Positions 54,771 through 64,000 of a stretch of 64,000 bases of DNA are shown here, one piece after another. Every line of letters starts with the position of its first letter. Within the stretch, counting starts at the first letter, position 1. The position numbers were made by a program, and so were the translations under genes. This DNA is from Candidatus Kaiserbacteria bacterium RIFCSPHIGHO2_01_FULL_53_29 (lineage in GTDB: Bacteria > Patescibacteriota > Minisyncoccia > Phycocordibacterales > UBA2100): contig MFKT01000001.1 of assembly GCA_001781125.1 (NCBI GenBank), positions 3,630 through 67,629 of the forward strand. The letters run 5' to 3'. Under the pieces are notes generated by a model. It searched no databases and was not told where the DNA came from. It saw only the letters and a list, made by a program, of their open reading frames with translations.

Positions 54771-55031
54771 ATGAAGATTGAGTTTACCAATCATGCACAA
54801 CGAAGAATGCGTGAACGGAATTTGAGTCGCAGGCAACTTGAAAGATTCGTCAGCAAACCCGACAGCGTTGAAGTTTCAAGCAAGAACTCGTTGAGATTTT
54901 TACTCAAGAAACGGTATCGTCACCGCACATCCGGGAAGGACCACTTGCTTATGGCGATTTGCGAGCGCCATGGTGACGTACTTGTTGTGGTGACTATCGT
55001 TGACACTTCACAGATCAGGAAATACAGTTAG
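54771..55031 (+). CDS. DUF4258-like (RelE-fold) putative toxin
   Basis: FTNHAQRRMRER ... VVVT; TACCAT-N6-ATG. Confidence 0.75.
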   Translation: MKIEFTNHAQRRMRERNLSRRQLERFVSKPDSVEVSSKNSLRFLLKKRYRHRTSGKDHLLMAICERHGDVLVVVTIVDTSQIRKYS

Positions 55032-55034
55032 GGT

Positions 55035-55256
55035 ATGGTAAAAATTGGCTATGATAAGGAAGCACGAGTATTGTCGTTCCGCATCGGCCGTGGAAAGAGC
55101 GTTGATTCCGATGTAGAAGACTCCGTTGTGATTGATCGCGACAAGAAAGGCCGCATTGTGAATGTGGAAATCATGGACATCAGTATTGACGAATTCAGGA
55201 AGGCGCAGCCGCATATGCGCAAAATCGCGCATCTCGATCCGGCAGAAGTGCGGTAA
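55035..55256 (+). CDS. DUF2283-like putative antitoxin
   Basis: YDKEARVL, VIDRDKKGRIVNVEI. Confidence 0.8.
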   Translation: MVKIGYDKEARVLSFRIGRGKSVDSDVEDSVVIDRDKKGRIVNVEIMDISIDEFRKAQPHMRKIAHLDPAEVR

Positions 55257-55266
55257 AGCGAGCGAT

Positions 55267-57426
55267 CTATTCCCCGTGCAATTCTTGTCCTGCGCTTTCT
55301 ACGCGCGCTGCGAGTGCGGGGTAGTTTGAAAGCGTTGAGTCTTTTGCGATGAGCGCTTGCGCCTCTTCGCGCGCGGCGCGGATTAATTTTACGTTTTTTA
55401 GGGCTTCCATGCCGAGGTCGCTCACACCCCATTGTTTGCGCCCAAAAAGATCGCCCGCGCCGCGCGCTTCGAGGTCGGCTTCGGCGAGTTTGAACCCATC
55501 GTCGGTACCCGCGAGCGCTCTCAAGCGCTTCAGAGAGATATCGCTCTTCGTATCGGGCAGGAGAAAACAGTAGGGTCTGTACGAGCTTCGCATGATACGC
55601 CCACGCAGTTGGTGCAATTGCGCCAATCCAAATCGCTCGGCGCCTTCGATGAGCATCACGGTCGCGTTGGGCACGTTGATGCCGACTTCGACCACCGATG
55701 TGGCAACGAGGATATCGATCTTGTGTGCCGCAAATTGCGCCATGACCCTGTCTTTCTCCTGTGGCTTGACGCCACCGTGTAAAAGGCCGATGCGGTATTC
55801 GGGGAACACATCCTTTTGCAATCGTTGTGCTTCGGCTTTTGCCGACTTCGCCTGCAGCGCGTTTATTTTTGCAGGATCAGGCTCTTCAATGCGCGGGCAG
55901 ATGACGAATGCCTGCCGTCCGGCTTTCAATTGCTCGCGTACACGCTCGTATGCACTCGCTCGGCTCGAGGGGCTAACGATTTCGGTTGTAATTTTTGCGC
56001 GTCCGGGCGGCAGCTCGTCCAAAAGAGAGATATCGAGGTCGCCATAGATGGTAAGTGAGAGCGTGCGGGGAATTGGCGTTGCAGTCATAGATAAAAAGTG
56101 AGGGGCTGCATCTCCTTTATGCGCAAGAGCACGTCTTTGCTTGGTGCCAAACCTGTGTTGTTCGTCCACTATCGCGTAGGCGAGGTGCTGGAACTTCACG
56201 GATTTTTGGATAAGCGCATGGGTGCCGACGAGCATGGCGATCTCGCCGCCCGCGACCCATTTCAAAAGCTGCGCGCGCGAAATATCGGTCGCTCCATCTC
56301 GGTCCACTTTCGACGGGAATTTTTTGCAGCCGCTTCCGGTCATAAGCGCGATATTGATCGGCAGATGCTCGAAGTATTCGATGAAGGATTGGAAGTGCTG
56401 CGCCGCCAGTATTTCCGTCGGCGCCATATAGGCAACTTGCAAGGTCCCGCTTGTACGATTCGGTGGACGTGAGTTTACTACCGCATAAGCACTCGCTGCG
56501 GCGACCAGAGTCTTGCCGCTTCCTACATCGCCCTCCAAAAGCCGCGCCATCGGGTGTAGCTTGCCGAAATCGGCAAGAATGTCGGCGATAGCGCGCCGCT
56601 GGGCTACGGTCGGCGGGAAAGGAATGGTGGCGAGGAATTTCTCTGCGAGTGCATCGCCATCCTTCATTGGAAATGACGCCTGTGAATCGTTCTCGGCACG
56701 TTCGCGGGCGCGTGCGATCTGGATCGCAAAAATTTCTTCGAATGCGAATCGTTTTCGCGCGGCTTCTGCATGCTTGAGCTCGTCCGGTTTATGAATATAC
56801 AAGAGTGCGTTCGCAAGTGGGGGCAAATTGTAGCGCTTCACGATTTCCGCAGGAATGGGATCTTGCATGGGATCCAAAATGTTTGCAGCAAATACTTTGT
56901 CGAGGGCATGGCGGAACCAAAGCGATGTGACGCCCCGGCTTTCGGGATAGACAGCAAAGAGAGAGCTTTCAGCTTTCAGCTTTGAGCTTTCAGGAGAAGA
57001 AAAAAGACCCGCTTCGACAGGATCCGCGGCTTCGACATGCGGGTTTGCGAGATACGGTTTTCCGCCTTTACCCCCCACAGTGCCGACCGCTTTTACAAAT
57101 TGCCCTTCCGAAAATTTCTTGGCGAGATACGGCTGGTGGAACCACATGATCTTGATCGAGCCCGACGAATCGGTGATAACCGCTTCGCCGACGGGAATTC
57201 TCCTCTTCCACGATCTTCGCGTGTCGAGTTTGCTGATGGTGCCGAAGATCGTCACTGAAGCGCCCGCGACGAGTCCTGTAATAGCTGAATCCATTCCACC
57301 CTGATCGTAGCGAACGGGGAAGTGATACAGGAGCTGACGAACCGTCAAAAGCCCTAGTTTTTTCAAACCACTGAGCTGTACAGGTGTAAGTCGGAAGTAT
57401 TTCGTGAGGGCGTCGTTGGGGTGCAT
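55267..57426 (-). CDS. recG: ATP-dependent DNA helicase RecG
   Basis: RLLEGDVGSGKT, DEQHRFG, MTATPIPRTL, QLHQLRGR; TAGAAT-N7-ATG. Confidence 0.97.
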   Translation of the reverse strand: MHPNDALTKYFRLTPVQLSGLKKLGLLTVRQLLYHFPVRYDQGGMDSAITGLVAGASVTIFGTISKLDTRRSWKRRIPVGEAVITDSSGSIKIMWFHQPYLAKKFSEGQFVKAVGTVGGKGGKPYLANPHVEAADPVEAGLFSSPESSKLKAESSLFAVYPESRGVTSLWFRHALDKVFAANILDPMQDPIPAEIVKRYNLPPLANALLYIHKPDELKHAEAARKRFAFEEIFAIQIARARERAENDSQASFPMKDGDALAEKFLATIPFPPTVAQRRAIADILADFGKLHPMARLLEGDVGSGKTLVAAASAYAVVNSRPPNRTSGTLQVAYMAPTEILAAQHFQSFIEYFEHLPINIALMTGSGCKKFPSKVDRDGATDISRAQLLKWVAGGEIAMLVGTHALIQKSVKFQHLAYAIVDEQHRFGTKQRRALAHKGDAAPHFLSMTATPIPRTLSLTIYGDLDISLLDELPPGRAKITTEIVSPSSRASAYERVREQLKAGRQAFVICPRIEEPDPAKINALQAKSAKAEAQRLQKDVFPEYRIGLLHGGVKPQEKDRVMAQFAAHKIDILVATSVVEVGINVPNATVMLIEGAERFGLAQLHQLRGRIMRSSYRPYCFLLPDTKSDISLKRLRALAGTDDGFKLAEADLEARGAGDLFGRKQWGVSDLGMEALKNVKLIRAAREEAQALIAKDSTLSNYPALAARVESAGQELHGE
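56966..56993 (-). repeat. 7-nt array inside recG (PESSKLKAESS)
   Basis: ctgaaag ctcaaag ctgaaag ctgaaag on the minus strand. Confidence 0.65.
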
Positions 57427-57743
57427 TGGAGGCATTCTACACCGAGGCCGGCACGTGCTCGTGCCGGCATGACCCCTCTCGCATCGGCAGTAGCCGACAC
57501 TCGAGCCGCTTGGCGGCGCGCTCACGCGCGGGGTCAGTTATTCACACTCTCGTCATTTGTAATATTGCACGCTGCGGGGGTGTAGGTAAAATGGTCGTGT
57601 CCCGGTACCGCACATCTATAAAAAAGATGTGGCTACGGGACGAGAAGTGGTGTCTCGCGCTTTGAATTGGGCAATTCGCGCCCCGTAGTTGTTGAGCGTG
57701 CGAGACATACTTCGGGGTTTGTTAGTAGCGTTAACAAATATAT

Positions 57744-57887
57744 ATGGCGTATCATGACGATGAAGAAAGACAGGGAAGCGATCTTCTCGAGGGTGCGGTA
57801 GACGAGGTTCTCGAAAAACCGGATATTGATGACGAGGATGAGGACACCCCGGTGAGCGAAATGCTTGATGAGGACAAATACGAATAA
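57744..57887 (+). CDS. 47-aa highly acidic small protein
   Basis: MAYHDDEERQGSDLLEGAVDEVLEKPDIDDEDEDTPVSEMLDEDKYE; AT-rich pre-start; promoter TTGCAC-N16-TAAAAT upstream. Confidence 0.6.
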   Translation: MAYHDDEERQGSDLLEGAVDEVLEKPDIDDEDEDTPVSEMLDEDKYE

Positions 57888-57903
57888 GTGCTAGAATGCT
57901 CCA

Positions 57904-58239
57904 ATGCGTACCATCCTTCGCTATCTGGGCACTGTCGCGGCGGTTTTTCTCACAGTCAATCTCGTTCCGGGAATTACGGTTGCGGGCGGCTGGACGACGA
58001 TCTTGCTCGTCGCGCTCGTGTGGTCTGTGATCATGATGATTATTAAGCCGGTGCTCACCATTCTCACGCTCCCGATCACCATTCTCACGCTCGGCCTGTT
58101 CTCATTTATCTTGAACGCGCTCCTCTTTTGGGCGATGACACTCATCGTCCCCGGTTTTATCGTCGCGGGATTTTTGCCGGCGCTTCTGGGCGCGCTTGTG
58201 CTGTCAGTTTTGACATGGCTCATTCACCAGATTCTTTAA
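57904..58239 (+). CDS. Phage holin family / YvlD-like 4-TM protein
   Basis: KPVLTILTLPITILTLGLF..NA. Confidence 0.88.
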   Translation: MRTILRYLGTVAAVFLTVNLVPGITVAGGWTTILLVALVWSVIMMIIKPVLTILTLPITILTLGLFSFILNALLFWAMTLIVPGFIVAGFLPALLGALVLSVLTWLIHQIL

Positions 58240-58249
58240 GGCTTCTTTC

Positions 58250-59320
58250 ATGAGCGAACCCATATCCGGTCCCGCATTTTTCATAGGCAAGGGTGACGAT
58301 ACGCTCATCTCGTTCGGCTCCGGCCAGCCGGATTTGCCGCCGCCCGTGGAAGCCTTTGATATCCTGAAAACGTACACGAGCTTCAAGTACGGTCTCGTGC
58401 AAGGGGAACAATCTCTGCGCTCCGCGCTTGCCTCCCAGTACCCGCAGGCCACGGCAGAGCACTTTGTCATCACCAACGGCGCCTCGGAGGCGATAGACCT
58501 CGTCTTGCGCTCAATTTCCGTTCCCAGGGGAAAAGTCCTCTTGCCGCGGCCGTACTACTATTCGTATCCGTTCAATGTGCTTTACGCGGGCATGACGCCT
58601 TGCTACTACGACTTGGACAAAAACGGCAAAGTAGATTTCACGGTCTTTGAAAGAATAGTGCAAGGATGCGTTGCGGTGATGATCAATTCACCGTCCAATC
58701 CCACGGGCACGGTGCAGGACATTGATACACTCAAAAAGATCGAGGCGCTGTGCGATAAGCTTGGTGTGTATGTGATCTCCGACGAAGTCTACAAAGACAT
58801 TATTTATGTGCGCGAGAATTATCTCATTCAGGGCTCACGCGTCATCACCGTCAACTCTTTTTCAAAAACCTACGCCATGTGCGGCTTACGCGTGGGCTAT
58901 GCGTACTCAACGAACAAAGAACTTATAGAAAAGATCGTGGAGATGAAGACGCACACCGCGATGAACACGAGTATCGTGGGACAGGTAATGGCGCTCGCGG
59001 CGCTCTCGGCTCCCCAAAGTTACATAGGACACAATGTAGAGGTCTGGCATGCGCGGCGCGATCTGATGTACAACGGAATGCGCGAGCTCGGGCTTCTGCT
59101 CTGGAAGCCGGAAGGCGCATTCTACGTCCTGCCGAAGTTCAAGAATTCGGGGCGCGCGGTGAACGACCTCTATTACACCTATAAGGTGATTACCTACGAC
59201 GGCGCGTGGTTTGGTGCGCCGGAGCGCATCCGCTTCAGCTATGCTCTCGATGCCACTAAGATCCAGGAAGGCCTGCGCCGCCTCAAAGAATTTATGGGGA
59301 AGGAATACGCCTCCTACTGA
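58250..59320 (+). CDS. PLP-dependent aminotransferase class I/II
   Basis: NSPSNPTG, SDEVY, SFSKTYAMCGLRVG. Confidence 0.93.
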   Translation: MSEPISGPAFFIGKGDDTLISFGSGQPDLPPPVEAFDILKTYTSFKYGLVQGEQSLRSALASQYPQATAEHFVITNGASEAIDLVLRSISVPRGKVLLPRPYYYSYPFNVLYAGMTPCYYDLDKNGKVDFTVFERIVQGCVAVMINSPSNPTGTVQDIDTLKKIEALCDKLGVYVISDEVYKDIIYVRENYLIQGSRVITVNSFSKTYAMCGLRVGYAYSTNKELIEKIVEMKTHTAMNTSIVGQVMALAALSAPQSYIGHNVEVWHARRDLMYNGMRELGLLLWKPEGAFYVLPKFKNSGRAVNDLYYTYKVITYDGAWFGAPERIRFSYALDATKIQEGLRRLKEFMGKEYASY

Positions 59321-59354
59321 TTCGTACCCGTCTTCATGCTACTATTAAGTGGCT

Positions 59355-60404
59355 ATGTCACTCAATCAAACTGAAACTCCGCACGGTCGCAAACCATGGC
59401 TCACTATTAGCTTGGCGCTTCTCGCGCTCGTTACATTTTTTATGATGTCTGGAGGCGGACAGACGATTTCGAGAATGGGTGGCGGGTACGGAGTTTCAAG
59501 CTCAAATACAATGGCGCCGACACCGCCGACCATGGGGATAGCCGAAAGCGCACAGGGTGTGCCGCGAGCGACTCAAGTCATGGCCCCGGATTATTATCCG
59601 CAGCCGTACTATGGCGGCACGCCTGCGGCCACTGATACGCGCGAATTCAATAAGATCTCATACAGCGCCGTGATGCGCACGCGTAGTGTGCAGGATCTCG
59701 TGCGCCGCACCGAGACCACCGTTCGCGGATTTGATGGTCGTGTCGATCAGACATCGAGCGCGGAAAAGTACGGGTATGTGAGCTTCGTCATACCGGCAAC
59801 GAAATTTGAAGAATTTAGAACCGAAATCGAATCGTTCGTCCGACCGCGATTTTTGAAAGTCGATATCTCATCTCAGAATCTTTTGTCACAGAAGCAGAGC
59901 ATTGAGGAGACGCAAAAGCAGGTGGAGAAGAATATCGCCGACCTGCAGACCGAGCGCAAGCAGCTTGTCGCCAGTCATGCAAGCGCCGTCAAATCGCTCC
60001 AATCACAGATCGACGCAAATACGAACACGCAGACAGCACTGCGTGCGGAAGTCACGAATGATCCCGCAAGGCAGGCATCAATTGCGCTACAACTTAACCA
60101 ATTGTCGGCAGAACTCATCACACTTAAATCGCGTTTGGCCAATGAAAATTCAAATTATGTGAACAATATCGCCTCGATCGATTCACAGATCAAATACACC
60201 AACGAAAATCTGACGGGCGTGAAGCAGCAGGACCAGAATCTTCTCGACAATGTCGCTACCGTGAATGGCACGATTTCTTTCAACTGGATCTCGCTGTGGG
60301 AAATCATGCAGCTGTATCTGCCCGGATACTGGATCCCGTCTATTCTGGCTGTATCAGCTATGCTTGCGTACCTGTGGGAGCGCCGGCGAGGTCACTTTCA
60401 ATAA
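59355..60404 (+). CDS. DUF4349-like coiled-coil membrane protein
   Basis: N- and C-terminal TM, IPA.KF motif, long coiled coil. Confidence 0.65.
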   Translation: MSLNQTETPHGRKPWLTISLALLALVTFFMMSGGGQTISRMGGGYGVSSSNTMAPTPPTMGIAESAQGVPRATQVMAPDYYPQPYYGGTPAATDTREFNKISYSAVMRTRSVQDLVRRTETTVRGFDGRVDQTSSAEKYGYVSFVIPATKFEEFRTEIESFVRPRFLKVDISSQNLLSQKQSIEETQKQVEKNIADLQTERKQLVASHASAVKSLQSQIDANTNTQTALRAEVTNDPARQASIALQLNQLSAELITLKSRLANENSNYVNNIASIDSQIKYTNENLTGVKQQDQNLLDNVATVNGTISFNWISLWEIMQLYLPGYWIPSILAVSAMLAYLWERRRGHFQ

Positions 60405-60886
60405 TATTTCGAAGAAGCCGCGTGTTTGCCAAAGGCATTCCACGGCAGTTGCATGCCGGATTCGGGAAATTGGTCGAGCACCCACTGGACGTATGTGTTG
60501 CTGTTGGGGCCGGGCAAAGAATAGGTGTAACAGTATGGATATGTGTGCGGTGAGTTCTCGATACATTCTGCCATTCGTGCGGCCAGTGAGTTTTCCTCGC
60601 CTTCAATACCTCCCAGCAGAGTTCCTTCGCCCCACAGGTATTTCTCGGTAAAGAGAAATTTCGCGATTCCCTGCAGCGGAGTATAAAAATCCTTGTGCAG
60701 ATGTCCCCAGCGTGCCTCCCATTCTTGCGGCCGCCAGAACACTTCCCATCGCGAGACTACTCCACGTCTGTTCACGACGAACCACGGGTGGCAGCTGAAA
60801 CTAAAAGGCAGTGTTGCCGGACAGGTGAACAGAAAGACCTGATACCTGTCGTTCTTTAGCAGACGGTTGAGATTTTGCTCACTCAC
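60398..60886 (-). CDS. DUF3750-like (permuted papain-fold) protein
   Basis: HPWFVV, RWEV, PGPNSNTYV, LP.NAFGK. Confidence 0.75.
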   Translation of the reverse strand: MSEQNLNRLLKNDRYQVFLFTCPATLPFSFSCHPWFVVNRRGVVSRWEVFWRPQEWEARWGHLHKDFYTPLQGIAKFLFTEKYLWGEGTLLGGIEGEENSLAARMAECIENSPHTYPYCYTYSLPGPNSNTYVQWVLDQFPESGMQLPWNAFGKHAASSKYY

Positions 60887-60898
60887 AAAGGTGCCATG

Positions 60899-61906
60899 TT
60901 AGTTGATCTCGATGTCGATGTGGCGCACCGCGGGGAAGCGCTTGCGCAGCATTGCCTCGATCTCGTCTATTTTCTTGCCCATCAAGCGCGGGATGCGGTC
61001 GGCATAATCCACACAAAAACGCTTGAACGCCTCGTAATCGTCTTTGATCTCCTCGTATCGCTCTTGCAGATATTTATTCTGATATGCACCCTTGAGAAGG
61101 GCGTTGCCGTTGAATTCGACTTCACACTTGATGCGGTATACACCGATGCCGAGCACGCTTGATTTGAAATCGATGACGCGCTCTATCGCGGGCTCTGCCA
61201 CGAGTGCGGCGATTATTTCCTCCCGCTCGTCTTCCGGAATTGAGCGGCCAAGGAGATAGGAGTGGTTTTTGCGGATGAGAACGATGGCGATGGTCGCAAG
61301 CAAAAGACCCACGACTACAGAGCCGAGGGCGTCCCACAGGGTATTGCCCGTGTAATACGACGCAGCAATACTTAGTGCCGCAACGCCAATGCCGATGAGC
61401 GCGACGCCATCTTCGAGATACACGGCGAGGGTCGACGGATCGGCAAGCGCGAGCCGTTCTCGCCACGATGCATCCGGGTACGACCGTTTGAGTCCGCGTG
61501 CGGCTATCCAGAATGTCAGCAATTCGATGACGAAGGATGCACCCAAGACGACGAACAGAAGCCCGTGGATTTCGATCGGATGGGGATTGAGGAGCGAGGA
61601 GACGCCCTTATAGAGCGAGATACCTGCACCGAGGAAAAATATCCCGCACGCCGAGAGGAGTGCCCAGAAGAAACGCTCTTGGCCGTATCCGTAGTCAAAG
61701 TCGTCGTCGGCTTTCTTGAACGAACGGCCGACACCGATGAGGAGAAAAAGTTGATTGAGCGTATCGGCAAGGCTGTGCACCGCTTCGGAAAACATCACAC
61801 TTGAGCCCGATGTGGCTGCGGCGCCCGCCTTGATGATCGTAACCAAAAGATTCCCGACGAACGCCGCCGCGACGGGAATGAGCCCCACTGTCCGCCTCTC
61901 TGCCAT
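60899..61906 (-). CDS. Cation diffusion facilitator transporter
   Basis: SEAVHSLADT.NQ, YGYGQERFFW, HIDIE. Confidence 0.92.
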   Translation of the reverse strand: MAERRTVGLIPVAAAFVGNLLVTIIKAGAAATSGSSVMFSEAVHSLADTLNQLFLLIGVGRSFKKADDDFDYGYGQERFFWALLSACGIFFLGAGISLYKGVSSLLNPHPIEIHGLLFVVLGASFVIELLTFWIAARGLKRSYPDASWRERLALADPSTLAVYLEDGVALIGIGVAALSIAASYYTGNTLWDALGSVVVGLLLATIAIVLIRKNHSYLLGRSIPEDEREEIIAALVAEPAIERVIDFKSSVLGIGVYRIKCEVEFNGNALLKGAYQNKYLQERYEEIKDDYEAFKRFCVDYADRIPRLMGKKIDEIEAMLRKRFPAVRHIDIEIN

Positions 61907-62000
61907 ACCGACACTTTAGCATAACGCGCTCTTACGAAGCGTACGTTATCTGCTCTTCGAATTGAGAATAGATATAACCCGGATCGCACCTGAGTAAAAA

Positions 62001-62909
62001 TCAAAATATCAAATCTTCGTCCTTTACTGACCGTGTCATAAGTTCCTTTAGCGCTGTTTGTGGAGATCTTTCCCCCGCAACTACTTTTGCGATCTGTGAG
62101 AAAAGAGGAAGATCAAGCCGGTTTCGCTCACTTAATTTGAGGACAAGCTGAGCGTTACGAATACCCTCCACGGTGATACCCCTCTTACGTCCGACACTTC
62201 CTGATCTGCCGATTGAGAATCCAGTCGAATAATTTCTACTTTTTACGCTCGTGCACGTTAGGATCAGGTCGCCTATCCCCGATAAGCCACGCAAGGTCTG
62301 CTCACGTGCTCCCTCGGCCCTGGCCAAAATTACCATTTCGCGAAATCCGCGGGTGATAAGCGCTGCTCGGGCGTTGTCGCCACAGCCCATGCCATCACTG
62401 ATGCCGGCGGCAAGGGCGACAATGTTTTTCAACATCCCGCCTAATTCAACACCGATGACGTCTTTGGTCCGATAGACACGGAAATTTTCAGTGCAGAATA
62501 ATCTCTGCACTTTTTCCGACGCTTCCGAAGAATGAGAGGCCGCAACAACCGCAGTTGGTTTGCGCTGTGACACTTCCCCGGCAAAACTCGGGCCGGACAA
62601 TACGGTAAATTTTCGCGCGTGATGCGGGCTCAATTCTTCAACGATCTGGGATGTTCGCATCAGCGAAGCATCTTCCAGTCCTTTTGTTACAGAGATGACA
62701 ATCGTGTGAGGACTAAGCTTGGGTAAGACATCAGCCGCAATCTCACGGAAAATTGCAGAAGGGGGAGCCAGAATAAGAAATTCAACGTTTGCAATCGCTT
62801 CCATTTTCGCCCTTTTTTGCCACAGCACTACGTCGCGGCCGTTGTCTCTGAGTGGCACTGCCAAGGCGGTACCCCACTGCCCGGCTGGGATAATTACAAC
62901 TTTAGACAT
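62001..62909 (-). CDS. gpsA: NAD(P)H-dependent glycerol-3-phosphate dehydrogenase
   Basis: LSGPSFA.EV, GVELGG.LKN, GDLILTC..SRN. Confidence 0.93.
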   Translation of the reverse strand: MSKVVIIPAGQWGTALAVPLRDNGRDVVLWQKRAKMEAIANVEFLILAPPSAIFREIAADVLPKLSPHTIVISVTKGLEDASLMRTSQIVEELSPHHARKFTVLSGPSFAGEVSQRKPTAVVAASHSSEASEKVQRLFCTENFRVYRTKDVIGVELGGMLKNIVALAAGISDGMGCGDNARAALITRGFREMVILARAEGAREQTLRGLSGIGDLILTCTSVKSRNYSTGFSIGRSGSVGRKRGITVEGIRNAQLVLKLSERNRLDLPLFSQIAKVVAGERSPQTALKELMTRSVKDEDLIF

Positions 62910-63463
62910 ACGTGGATGGCGTTGACCTTTATTTTTTGAGTAATTCATCCGCAAGATCCTGTCTGGCGGTGTAATCATATCCTTTGCGCGAACCTTTTTC
63001 GAGCGGAACTGACTTCGCACGCTCCGCGTGCGTGGTGGCTTGAAACTGCATCGTACGCTCCGATCGCGTGGCAACTCTGAATCCCGCCACGCGCGGAGTA
63101 CCGCGCGTCCCGCCCTCTCGCCTTGCCGCTCCTCTCCATTCTGATTTTTTGCGGGGGGGGAATTTGAAAAAAGGAATGGGCGGCAAAGGCGAGGGGCGGC
63201 GCTTCCTTTTCAAGATTCCAAGAAAAGGAAGCGGACGGGATTCAAATACAACAAGGAGCAAACGGCTCGAATGCACTAAACGAGCCGTTTGCACAAAATC
63301 AGGAATACAAAGCGGAGCCTCGCCATACAAAATTCTTCAAGGAATGGCGAGGCGCAAAATCTATATGTGTTTGCCCCTCCCTCCCAGCGCACACATCATC
63401 CCCGCCGTTTTAGGAAAACATTTTAAAACGGCGGGGATGGCTCCCTGAAGAATTATCAACGCG

Positions 63464-63907
63464 TTAGCTTTGTCTGACATTTGCTTTCTCCAATTTTCTT
63501 ACTGCTTTCAAACGATGTGGTTTTCTACCCTGGTATTTCGTTTCTAAAAATCGCATTGCGATTTTTATATTCTTCTCGACTGGTGTAAATGCGGACAAAC
63601 ACAAAACATTTGCGTTGTTTATGATTTTTGCGTTCTTTGCGTGCGTGAGCTCATAGCACGCGACGGCGTATATCCCTTTGTGCTTGTTCGCACATATCGC
63701 TGTCCCACTTCCCGTTCCGCACATCAAAATACCTTCTGTCTTGTGCTTTTTCACCAGTCGAGAAACCTCTTTCGAAATATCAATGTAGTTATCGAGTGCC
63801 GGATTTTTCTCGACGACATCTACCACTTTGCCAACGTGCGACAGCGCGCGTTTCATGCGCTCGACTTGTTTTTTGCCCTGATAGTCCGACCCAAATATAA
63901 TTTTCAT
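63464..63907 (-). CDS. rpiB: RpiB/LacA/LacB sugar-phosphate isomerase
   Basis: GSD, GILMCGTG.G..I.ANK, NNANVLCL. Confidence 0.85.
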   Translation of the reverse strand: MKIIFGSDYQGKKQVERMKRALSHVGKVVDVVEKNPALDNYIDISKEVSRLVKKHKTEGILMCGTGSGTAICANKHKGIYAVACYELTHAKNAKIINNANVLCLSAFTPVEKNIKIAMRFLETKYQGRKPHRLKAVRKLEKANVRQS

Positions 63908-64000
63908 ACAATGTGAAGAATATCGTCTACCGCCTTGGTAAATCCTCGCATATCTTTTTCGGACAAAAATCCCATCGTCGAAACCTCGAATGTTTTTCCT
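63904..64000 (-). CDS. 3' end of a gene entering from the right edge, possibly aminotransferase class V
   Basis: GKTFEVSTMGFLSEKDMRGF..*; TGA overlaps the rpiB ATG. Confidence 0.35.
   Translation of the reverse strand, partial: GKTFEVSTMGFLSEKDMRGFTKAVDDILHIV

Noticed and set aside
57904-58239. Prophage suggested by the holin-family gene
   Set aside because: No phage structural, terminase or integrase genes nearby; this family is common on chromosomes.

Overview
Chromosomal window from a small-genome bacterium that looks like Patescibacteria/CPR (Parcubacteria-type). Evidence: no rpmD in the spc cluster, no obvious Shine-Dalgarno sites, many apparently leaderless genes, and many Cys-rich, PKD or peptidoglycan-binding surface proteins. 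The genetic code is standard 11. The window holds the S10-spc ribosomal protein cluster (rplC to secY, then gmk, adk, map), infC/rpmI/rplT, smpB with tmRNA, ftsH, recG, scattered metabolic genes (purD, ndk, thrC, pyrC, malic enzyme, gpsA, rpiB), four toxin-antitoxin-like pairs, a tRNA-Ile(UAU) and a probable compact 6S RNA. The strongest unexplained signal is a set of small non-autonomous palindromic inserts sitting exactly at start codons. The clearest family has four 132-133 bp copies (before rplB, rplV, rplX and a surface-protein gene) with terminal inverted repeats and TATG on both sides. Despite diverged centres, each keeps a 35-codon mini-ORF whose TGA overlaps the host ATG. Three unrelated insert types (at rplD/adk/infC, rpsN-rpsH and rpsH-rplF) show similar stop/start relay logic. 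This suggests start-codon-targeting elements that preserve, or gate, translational coupling. All calls were made by eye with no database searches.
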